In this document: one piece after another, positions 38,119 to 48,400 of the stretch
How the letters are laid out: each line of letters starts with the position of its first letter
How positions within the stretch are numbered: position 1 is the stretch's first letter
From: Mobula hypostoma
Lineage: Eukaryota
DNA: 64,000 nt
Direction of reading: 5' to 3'
Assembly: GCF_963921235.1 (NCBI RefSeq)
Contig: NC_086101.1
Span: 3,474,001-3,538,000, forward strand
Translations under genes and position numbers: made by a program
The notes under the pieces: model-generated
What the model was told of the DNA's origin: nothing
Database searches by the model: none
The model's input: the letters and a program-made list of their open reading frames with translations, nothing else

Positions 38119-38221
38119 TACCTCTTCCTAGAGATGCTGCCTGGCCTGCTGCGTTCACCAGCAACTTTGATGTGTGTTGCTTGAATTTCCAGCATCTGCA
38201 GAATTCCTGTTGTTCACCAGA

Positions 38222-38697
38222 TCGATTCCTGGGATGGCAGGACTTTCATATGATGAAAGACTGGATGAACTAGGCTTATACTCGTTGGAATTTAGAAGAT
38301 TGAGGGGGGATCTGATTGAAACGTATAAAATCCTAAAGGGATTGGACAGGCTAGATGCAGGAAGATTGTTCCCGATGTTGGGGAGGTCCAGAATGAGGGG
38401 TCACAGTTTGAGGATAAAGGGGAAGCCTTTTAGGACCGAGATGAGGAAAAACTTCTTCACACAGAGAGTGGTGAATCTGTGGAATTCTCTGCCACAGGAA
38501 ACAGTTGAGGCCAGTTCATTGGCTATATTTAAGAGGAAGTTAGATATGGCCCTTGTGGCTAAAGGGATCAGGAGTATGAAGAAAAGGCAGGTACAGGGTT
38601 CTGAGTTGGATGATCAGCCATGATCATACTGAATGGCGGTGCAGGTTCGAAGGGCCGAATGGCCTACTCCTGCACCTATTTTCTACGTTTTCTATGT
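38222..38697 (+). mobile_element. CR1 LINE 3' fragment between two Penelope terminal-repeat copies
   Basis: IPGMAGLSYDERLDELGLYSLEFRRLRGDLIETYKILKG and CR1 3' UTR. Confidence 0.88.
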
Positions 38698-38918
38698 TAA
38701 CACCTCTGGCAGCCAACCACAGAAAGCTCTCTTTATGCCTACTCTGCTATCTGCTAATCAGCCACTGCTTTATCCAATCGTTCCTATACTTTCAAATGGC
38801 TTACTAACTCTTCCTTCAGTTAGTCCTGAGAAAGGGTCTCGACCTGAAACGTCGACTGTACCTCTTCCTAGAGATGCTGCCTGGCCTGCTGCGTTTGCCA
38901 GCAACTTTTATGTGTGTT

Positions 38919-40298
38919 AATGAAGGTAGAGCGGTAGATGTAGTGTATATGGATTTCAACAAGGCATTTGACAAGGTACCCTATGCAAGGCTTATTGAGA
39001 AAGTAAGGAGGCATGGGATCCAAGAGGACATTGCTTTGTAGATGCAGAACTGGCTTGCTCACAGAAGGCAAAGAGTGGTTGTAGACGGGTCATATTCTGC
39101 ATGGAGGTCAGTGACCAGTGGTGTGCCTCAGGGATCTGTTCTGGGGTGGAGGGATGGGTTAGTAAATTTGCTGATGACACAAAGGTTGGAGGTATTGTGG
39201 ATAGTGTGGAGGGGCTGTCAGAGGTTACAACAGGACATTGATAGGATGCAAAACTGGGCTGAGAAGTGGCAGATGGAGTTCAACCCAGATAAGTGTGAGG
39301 TGGTTCATTTTGGTAGGTCAGATATGATGGCAGAATATAGTATTAATGGTAAGACTCTTGGCAGTGTGGAGAATCAGAAGGATCTTGGGGTCCGAGTCCA
39401 TAGGACACTGAAAGCTGCTGTGCAGTTTGACTCTGTGGTTAAGAAGGCATATGGTGTATTGGCCTTTATCAACAGTGGGATTGAATTTAGGAGCCGAGAG
39501 GTAATGTTGCAGCTATATAGGACCCTGGTCAGACCCCACTTGGAGTACTGTGCTCAGTTCTGGTCGCCTCACTACAGGAAGGATGTGTAAACCATAGAAA
39601 GGGTGCAGAGGAGATTTACAAGGGTGTTGCCTGGATTGGGGAGCATGCCTTATGAAAACAGGTTGAGTGAACTCGGCCTTTTCTCCTTGGAGTGATGGAG
39701 GATGAGAGGTGACCTGATAGAGGTGATTAAGATGATGACAGGCATTGATCAGAGGCTTTTTCCCAGGGCTGAAATAGAAACATAGGAAACCTACAGCACA
39801 ATACAGGCCCTTTGGCCCACAGAGTTGTGTCAAACATGTCCCTACCTTAGAAATTACTAGGCCTACTCATAGCCCTCTATTTTACTAAGCTCCATGCACC
39901 TATCCAAATGTCTCTTACCCTATTGTATCCGCCTCCCCCACCATTGCCGGCAGCCCATTCCACGCATTCACCACTCTCTGAGTCAAAAACCTACCCCTGA
40001 CATCTCCTCTGTACCTACTCCCCAGCACGAGAGGGCACAGTTTAAGGTGCTTGGAAGTAGGTACAGAGGAGATGTCAGGGGTAAGTTTTTTACGCAGAGA
40101 GTGGTGAGTGAGTGGAATGGGCTGCTGGCAATGGTGGTGGAGGCGGATACGTTGGGGACTTTTAAGGGACTCCTGGATAGGTACATGGAGCTTGGAGAAT
40201 AGAGGGCAATGGGTAACCCTTGGTAGTTTCCAAAGTAAGTAAATGTTTGGCACAGCATTGTGGGCTGAAGAGTCTGTATTGTGCTGTAGGTTTTCTGT
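38919..40298 (+). mobile_element. CR1 LINE 3' half (5' stub at 36078-36116) containing an inverted same-family fragment at 39775-40028
   Basis: FFEDVT.H.D stub continues as [36 protein letters not shown]. Confidence 0.9.
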
Positions 40299-40551
40299 GT
40301 GATCCCTCTGGACCCCTGGCTCCTCCCCGTCTCTGTGACCCCTCTGCTCCCTGCATCACTCCTGTCTCTGTGAAACCCCTCTCCGCTCTCTAAGTCCCCA
40401 TTCTAGCCCCTACGTAATCCCCATATCCGTGAGCCCTTCCGGCCCCTGCACCCCTCTGCCATCATCTACCCTCCCCTCGCCTCCTCTCCTCACCCTGAGC
40501 CTTCTGGAGCCGGGAGGCATTATGACTCTTTTCCTCACCCCCCCCACCTCT

Positions 40552-41910
40552 GTGATCCCTGTCCCTGGGCCGATGGGGGGATACGGGTGGGGGTGGGGGA
40601 TTCTGTCCCCAGGCCGATGGGGGGATACGGGTGGGTGGTGTCCCCTGTCCCCAGGCCGATGGGATACGGGTGGGGGTGGTGTCCCCCTGTCCCCGGGCCG
40701 ATGGGGGGATACGGGTGGGGGTGGTGTCCCCCTGTCCCCGGGCTGATGGGGGGATACGGGTGGGTGGTGTCTCCTGTCCCCGGGCCGATGGGGGGATACG
40801 GGTGGGTGGTGTCCCCTGTCCCCGGGCCGATGGGGGGATACGGGTGGGTGGTGTCCCCTGTCCCCGGGCCGATGGGGAGGATACGGGTGGGTGGTGTCCC
40901 CTGTCCCCGGGCCGATGGGATACGGGTGGGTGGTAACCCCCTGTCCCCGGGCCGATGGGGGGATACGGGTGGGTGGTGTCCCCTGTCCCGTCCCCTGTCC
41001 CCTGTCCCCTGTCCCTGGGCCGATGGGGGGATACGGGTGGGTGGTGTCCCCTGTCCCCGGGCTGATGGGGGGATACGGGTGGGTGGTGTCCCCTGTCCCT
41101 GGGCCGATGGGGGGATACGGTTGGGGGTGGGGGATTCTGTCCCCGGGTTGATGGGGGGATACGGGTGGGTGGTGTCCCCCTGTCCCCGGGCTGATGGGGG
41201 GATACGGGTGGGGGTGGGGGATTCTGTCCCCGGGCCGATGGGGGGATACGGGTGGGTGGTGTCCCCTGTCCCCGGGCCGATGGGGGGATACGGGTGGGTG
41301 GTGTCCCCTGTCCCCGGGCCGATGGGGGGGATATGGGTGGGTGGTGTCCCCTGTCCCCGGGCCGATGGGGGGGATACGGGTGGGTGGTGTCCCCTGTCCC
41401 CGGGCCGATGTGGGGATACGGGTGGCTGGTGGGGTGGTGTCCCCTGTCCCCGGGCCGATGGGGGGATACGGGTGGGTGGTGTCCCCTGTCCCCGGGCCGA
41501 TGGGGGGATACGGGTGGGTGGTGTCCCCTGTCCCCAGGCTGATGGGGGGATACGGGTGGGTGGTGTCCCCTGTCCCTGGGCCGATGGGGGGATACGGTTG
41601 GGGGTGGGGGATTCTGTCCCCGGGCCGATGGGGGGGATACGGGTGGGTGGTGTCCCCTGTCCCCGGGCCGATGGGGGGGATATGGGTGGGTGGTGTCCCC
41701 TGTCCCCGGGCCGATGGGGGGGATACGGGTGGGTGGTGTCCCCTGTCCCCGGGCCGATGGGGGGATACGGGTGGCTGGTGGGGTGGTGTCCCCTGTCCCC
41801 GGGCCGATGGGGGGATACGGGTGGCTGGTGTCCCCTGTCCCCGGGCCGATGGGGGGATACGGGTGGGTGGTGTCCCCTGTCCCCGGGCCGATGGGGGGAT
41901 ACGGGTGGCT
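40552..41910. repeat. ~42-bp GC-rich minisatellite (ggggggatacgggtgggtggtgtcccctgtccccgggccgat)
   Basis: Direct reading; ends about 55 nt before the last SKIC2 exon. Confidence 0.97.
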
Positions 41911-41964
41911 GGGGGATTCCGTCTGGCCCTGTCTCTGACCACGCTCTGCCCGGTCTGCCCGAAG

Positions 41965-42165
41965 CCTTTCGCTGAGATCACAACGCTGACCGACGTACAG
42001 GAGGGGATCATCGTGCGCTGCATCCAGCGGCTTAACGAGACATGCCGTGACGTGCGCAATGCGGCCCGCATCATCGGTGACCCCACGCTGCACGCCAAGA
42101 TGGAGCAAGCGTCCAATCTGATCAAGAGGGACATTGTGTTTGCCGCCAGCCTCTACACCCAGTGA
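41965..42165 (+). CDS. SKIC2: SKIC2 terminal coding exon ([23 protein letters not shown]...[13 protein letters not shown])
   Basis: Ends [15 protein letters not shown], the SKIV2L C-terminus; acceptor is an AAG (gaag|cct), so the 5' boundary is slightly less certain. Confidence 0.95.
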   Translation, partial: PFAEITTLTDVQEGIIVRCIQRLNETCRDVRNAARIIGDPTLHAKMEQASNLIKRDIVFAASLYTQ

Positions 42166-42189
42166 CCAGGGGAAGGAGGGGACGGTGTA

Positions 42190-42195
42190 AATAAA
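42190..42195 (+). terminator. Poly(A) signal AATAAA of SKIC2
   Basis: AATAAA 25 nt after the stop, followed by a GT-rich element (gtgtgtgtctcttc) at about 42209. Confidence 0.75.
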
Positions 42196-42409
42196 CAGCC
42201 TGACGACAGTGTGTGTCTCTTCGTCACCACCACTTCTCCACGCGTCCCAGACAACGGGTAGAGCGAGGAACCTGTGACGGGTCACTGAAAGTGGCAAGAG
42301 CTTCACAGTGAGGGGCGAAGTGGTCACAGAGACGGGAAAGGGGTTATCAGTCCCTGAGGTAACCTGCCAACAGCCGAAACATGGGGCTTCACAAAATATG
42401 ACACAATGC

Positions 42410-45400
42410 CCCTCCTCACCACTTCCACCTCCTCCGTTCTGCCCTTGCCCCTTTCCTCTATGTCTTGCTCCCTTTCCTCCTCCTCCTGTTACCCTCAGCC
42501 CTCTTTCTCTTGCCTCCTCTCCTCCTCCCTGCTCCTCCATCCTGCCCTTACCCTCCTTCATCTCCCACCTTCCCCTCCTCCCCTCCCCCATCCTCCCCTC
42601 CCCCATCCTCCCCTCCCCTCCTCCCCCATCCTCCCCTCCTCCCCCATCCTCCCCTCCCCCATCCTCCCCTCCCCCATCCTCCCCTCCCCCATCCTCCCTC
42701 CCCCATCCTCCCCTCCCCCATCCTCCCTCCCCCATCCTCCCCTCCCCCCCTCCCACTCCCCCTCCCCCTCCCCCCTCCATCCTCCCCTCCCACTCCCCCC
42801 CTCCATCCTCTCCTCCCACTCCATCCCCTCCCCCCACTCCATCCCCTCCCCCTCTGTCCCCTCCCCCTCCGTCCCCCTCTGCCCCCCTCCCCCTCGCCCC
42901 TCCCACTCCCCCTCCCCCACCCCCACCCCCTCCCCCTCGCCCCCCTCCCCCCTCGTCCCCCCTCCCCCTCCCCCCTCGTCCCCTCCTCGTCCCCTCCCCC
43001 TCCCCCCTCGTCCCCTCCCCCTCCCCCCTCGTCCCCTCCCCCCTCGTCCCCTCCCCCCTCGTCCCCTCCCCCTCTTCTTCCCCCTCACCCTCCTCTTCCC
43101 CCTCACCCTCCTCTTCCCCCTCACCCTCCTCTTCCCCCCCTCCTCTCCCCCCTCCTCTCCCCCCTCCTCTCCCCCCTCCTCTCCCCCCTCCTCTCCCCCC
43201 CTCTCCCCCCCTCTCCCCCCTCCTCTCACCCCCTCTCACCCCTCTCCCCCCCTCCTCTCACCCCCTCTCACCCCCTCTCACCCCTCTCCCCCCCTCTCCC
43301 CCTCCTCTCCCCCCCTCCTCTCACCCCTCCTCTCACCCCTCCTCTCACCCCTCCTCTCACCCCTCCTCTCACCCTCCTCTCACCCCTCCTCTCACCCCCC
43401 CTCTCCCCCTCCTCTCCCCCCTCCTCTCCCCCCTCCTCTCCCCCCTCCTCCCCCCTCCTCTCCCCCCTCCTCTCCCCCCTCCTCTCCCCCTCCTCTCCCC
43501 CCTCCTCTCCCCTCCTCCTCTCCCCCCTCCTCTCCCCCTCCTCTCCCCTCCTCCTCTCCCCTCCTCCTCTCCCCCTCCTCCTCTCCCCCTCCTCCTCTCC
43601 CCCTCCTCTCCCCCTCCTCTCCCCCTCCTCTCCCCTCCTCCTCTCCCCCCTCCTCTCCCCTCTCCCCCTCCTCTCCCTCCTCCCCCTCCTCCCCCTCCTC
43701 CCCCTCCTCCCCCTCCTCTCCCCTCCTCCCCCTCCTCTCCCCTCCTCCCCCCTCCTCCCCCTCCTCTCCCCTCCTCTCCCCTCCTCTCCCCTCCTCTCCC
43801 CTCCTCTCCCCTCCTCTCCCCCTCTTCCCTCCCCTCCTCCCCCTCCCCTCCTCCTAGCCCCTCCCCATCCTCTCCCCTCCCCTCCCCCTCCTCTCCCCTC
43901 CCCCTCCTCTCCCCTCCCCCTCCTCTCCCCTCCCCCTCCTCTCCCCTCCCCCTCCTCTCCCCTCCCCCTCCTCTTCCCCCCTCCCCCTCCTCTTCCCCCC
44001 TCCCCCTCCTCTTCCCCCCTCCTCTCCCCCTCCCCCCTCCCCCTCCCCCTCTCCCCCTCCCCCCTCCCCGTCCCCCTTCGCTCCTCCTCCTCCTCCCCCT
44101 CCTCCTCCTCCTCCCCCTCCTCCTCCTCCTCCCCCCCTCCTCCTCCTCCTCCCCCTCCTCCTCCTCCTCCTCCCCCTCCCCCTCCTCCTCCTCCCCCCTC
44201 CTCCTCCTCCCCCCTTTCCTCCCCTCCTTCCTCCTCCCCCCTCCTTCCTCCTCCCCCTCCTTCCTCCTCCCCCTCCTTCCTCCTCCCCCTCCTTCCTCCT
44301 CCCCCTCCTTCCTCCTCCCCCTCCTTCCTCCTCCCCCCTCCTTCCTCCTCCCCTCCTTCTTCCTCCTCCCCTCCCTCGTCTGCCCCCTCCTCCTCCCCTC
44401 TGCCGCTGCCCTCTCTGCTACCATCCCCACCCCTTTCCCTCCTCCTCACCCCTTTCCCTCCTCCTCACCCCTTTCCCTCCTCCTCACCCCTTTCCCTCCT
44501 CCTCACCCTTCCCCTCCTCCTCACCCTTCCCCTCCTCCTCACCCTTCCCCTCCTCCTCACCCTTCCCCTCCTCACCCTTCCCCTCCTCCTCCTCCTCCTC
44601 CTCACCCTTCCCCTCCTCCTCCTCCTCACCCTTTCCCTCCTCCTCCTCCTCATCCTTTCCCTCCTCCTACTCCTCATCCTTTCCCCCCCTCCTCACCCTT
44701 TCCCCTCCTCCTCCTCCTTTCCCCTCCTCCTCACCCTTTCCCCTCCTCCTCACCCTTTCCCCTCCTCCTCACCCTTCCCCCTCCTCCTCACCCTTCCCCC
44801 TCCTCCTCCTCACCCTTCCCCCTCCTCCTCCTCACCCTTCCCCTCCTCCTCCTCCTCCTCACCCTTTCCCCTCCTCCTCCTCCTCCTCACCCCTTTCCCC
44901 TCCTCCTCCTCACCCCTCCTCCTCCTCACCCCTTTCCCTCCTCCTCACCCCTTTCCCTCCTCCTCACCCCTTTCCCTCCTCCTCACCCTTTCTCCTCCTC
45001 CTCCTCACCCTTTCCCCTCCTCCTCCTCCTCCTCACCCTTTCCCCTCCTCCTCCTCCTCCTCACCCTTTCCCCTCCTCCTCACCCTTTCCCCTACTCCTC
45101 CTCCTCCTCCTCCTCACCCCTCCTCCTCCTCCTCCTCACCCCTCCTCCTCCTCCTCCTCCTCACCCTTTCCCCTCCTCCTCCTCACCCTTTCCCCTCCTC
45201 CTCCTCACCCTTTCCCCTCCTCCTCCTCACCCTTTCCCCTCCTCCTCCTCACCCTTTCCCCTCCTCCTACTCCTCCTCACCCTTTCCCCTCCTCCTACTC
45301 CTCACCCTTTCCCCTCCTCCTCCTCCTCCTCCTCACCCTTTCCCCTCCTCCTACTTCTCCTCACCCTTTCCCCTCCTCCTACTCCTCCTCACCCTTTCCC

Positions 45401-48400
45401 CTCCTCCTCCTCCTCACCCTTTCCCCTCCTCCTCCTCCTCACCCTTTCCCCTCCTCCTCCTCCTCACCCTTTACCCTCCTCCTCACCCTTTCCCCTCCTC
45501 CTCCTCCTCACCCTTTCCCCTCCTCCTCTTCACCCTTTTCCCTCCTCCTCACCCTTTTCCCTCCTCCTCCTCACCCTTTCCCCTCCTCCTCCTCACCCTT
45601 TCCCCTCCTCCTCTTCACCCTCCTCCTCTTCACCCTTTCCTCTCCTCCTCACCCTTTCCCCTCCTCCTCCTCCTCCTCCTCACCCTTTCCCCTCCTCCTC
45701 CTCACCCTTTCCCCTCCTCCTCCTCACCCTTTCCCCTCCTCCTCCTCCTCACCCTTTCCCCTCCTCCTCCTCACCCTTTCCCCTCCTCCTCCTCCTCCTC
45801 ACCCTTTCCCCTCCTCCTCCTCCTCACCCCTTTCCCCTCCTCCTCCTCACCCCTTTCCCCTCCTCCTCCTCACCCCTTTCCCCTCCTCCTCCTCACCCCT
45901 TTCCCCTCCTCCTCCTCACCCCTTTCCCCTCCTCCTCCTCACCCCTTTCCCCTCCTCCTCCTCACCCCTTTCCCCTCCTCCTCCTCACCCTTTGCCCTCC
46001 TCCTCCTCACCCTTTCCCCTCCTCCTCCTCCTCACCCTTTCCCCTCCTCCTCCTCCTCCTCACCCTTTCCCCTCCTCCTCCTCCTCCTCACCCTTTCCCC
46101 TCCTCCTCCTCCTCCTCACCCTTTCCCCTCCTCCTACTCCTCCTCACCCTTTCCCCTCCCCCTCCTCCTACTCCTCCTCACCCTTTCCCCTCCTCCTCCT
46201 CCTCCTCCTCCTCACCCTTTCCCCTCCTCCTACTTCTCCTCACCCTTTCCCCTCCTCCTACTCCTCCTCACCCTTTCCCCTCCTCCTCCTCCTCCTCACC
46301 CTTTACCCTCCTCCTCACCCTTTCCCCTCCTCCTCCTCACCCTTTCCCCTCCTCCTCCTCCTCACCCCTTTCCCCTCCTCCTCCTCCTCACCCCTTTCCC
46401 CTCCTCCTCCTCCTCACCCCTTTCCCCTCCTCCTCCTCCTCACCCCTTTCCCCTCCTCCTCCTCCTCACCCCTTTCCCCTCCTCCTCACCCCTTTCCCCT
46501 CCTCCTCCTCACCCCTTTCCCCTCCTCCTCCTCACCCTTTGCCCTCCTGCTCCTCACCCTTTCCCCTCCTCCTCCTCACCCTTTCCCCTCCTCCTCCTCA
46601 CCCTTTCCCCTCCTCCTCACCCTTTCCCCTCCTCCTCACCCTTTCCCCTCCTCCTCCTCACCCTTTCCCCTCCTCCTCCTCCTCACCCTTTCCCCTCCTC
46701 CTCCTCCTCACACTTTCCCCTCCTCCTCACCCTTTCCCCTCCTCCTCCTCCTCCTCACCCTTTCCCCTCCTCCTCCTCCTTCCTCCTCCTCCTCCTCCTC
46801 CTCACCCTTTCCCCTCCTCCTCCTCCTCACCCTTTCCCCTCCTCCTCCTCCTCACCCTTTCCCCTCCTCCTCCTCCTCCTCACCCCTTTCCCCTCCTCCT
46901 CACCCCTTTCCCTCCTCCTCACCCTTTCCCTCCTCCTCACCCTTTCCCCTCCTCCTCACCCTTTCCCCTTCTCCTCACCCTTTCCCCTCCTCCTCACCCT
47001 TTCCCCTCCTCCTCCTCCTCCTTCCCCCTCCTCCTCCTCCTTCCCCCTCCTCCTCCTCCTTCCCCTCCTCCTCACCCTTTCTCCTCCTCCTCCTCACCCT
47101 TTCCCCTCCTCCTCCTCACCCTTTCCCCTCCTCCTCACCCTTTCCCCTCCTCCTCCTCCTCCTCACCCTTTCCCCTCCTCCTCCTCACCCTTTCCCCTCC
47201 TCCTCATCCTTTCCCCTCCTCCTCACCCTTTCCCCTCCTCCTCCTCACCCTTTCCCCTCCTCCTCCTCACCCTTTCCCCTCCTCCTCCTCACCCTTTCCC
47301 CTCCTCCTCACCCTTTCCCCTCCTCCTCACCCTTTCCCCTCCTCCTCCTCCTTCCCCTCCTCCTCCTCCTCCTCCTCACCCTTTGCCCTCCTCCTCCTCA
47401 CCCTTTCCCCTCCTCCTCCTCACCCTTTCCCCTCCTCCTCCTCCTTTCCCCTCCTCCTCCTCCTCCTTTCCCCTCCTCCTCCTTTCCCCTCCTCCTCCTC
47501 CCCTTTCCCCTCCTCCTCCTCCCCTTTCCCCTCCTCCTCCTCCTCACCCCTCCTCCTCCTTCTCACCCTTCCCCCTCCTCCTCCTCCATCCCCTCCTCCT
47601 CACTCCCCTCCTCCTAACTCCCCTCCTCCTCACCCTTTCCCCTCCTCCTCCTCCTCACCCTTTCCCCTCCTCCTTCTCCTCACCCTTTCCCCTCCTCCTC
47701 CTCCTCACCCTTTCCCCTCCTCGTCCTCCTCACCCTTTCCCCTCCTCCTCCTCCTCCTCACCCCTTTCCCCTCCTCCTCACCCCTTTCCCTCCTCCTCAC
47801 CCTTTCCCTCCTCCTCACCCTTTCCCCTCCTTCTCACCCTTCCCCCCTCCTCCTTCTCACCCTTCCCTCTCCTCCTCCTCCTTTCCCCTCCTCCTCCTTC
47901 TCACCCTTCCCTCTCCTCCTCCTCCTTCTCACCCTTCCCTCTCCTCCTCCTCCTTCTCACCCTTCCCCCTCCTCCTCACCCCTTTCCCCTCCTCCTCCTC
48001 CTCACCCTTCCCCCTCCTCCTCACCCTTCCCCCTCCTCACCCTTTCCCCTCCTCACCCTTCCCCCTCCTCACCCTTCCCCCTCCTCACCCTTCCCCCTCC
48101 TCACCCTTTCCCCTCCTCACCCTTCCCCCTCCTCCTCCTCACCCCTTTCCCCTCCTCCTCCTCACCCCTTTCCCCTCCTCCTCCTCACCCCTTTCCACTC
48201 CTCCTCCTCACCCCTTTCCCTCCTCCTCACCCTTTCCCCTCCTCCTCCTCCTCACCCTTTCCCCTCCTCCTCCTCCTCACCCTTTCCCCTCCTCCTCCTC
48301 CTCACCCTTTCCCCTCCTCCTCCTCCTCACCCTTTCCCCTCCCCCTCCTCCTCCTCACCCTTTCCCCTCCTCCTCCTCACCCCTTTCCCTCCTCCTCACC

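Larger units (their letters stand above)
36117..38212 (+). mobile_element. Penelope-like retroelement: inverted 5' terminal repeat (36117-36498), truncated RT + GIY-YIG endonuclease (about 36499-37785, one frameshift), 3' terminal repeat
   Basis: LVLTLNNFSF..FLQ..VAMGT.MGPSYACLF..YIDD; VIYCVRCSRCGLLYIGETQRRLGDHFAEH; 36117-36498 is the reverse complement of about 37840-38212. Confidence 0.95.

Noticed and set aside
1960..42165. Assignment as MTREX/SKIV2L2 (Mtr4) rather than SKIC2
   Set aside because: C-terminal [33 protein letters not shown] and linkage to Bf/C2 fit SKIC2
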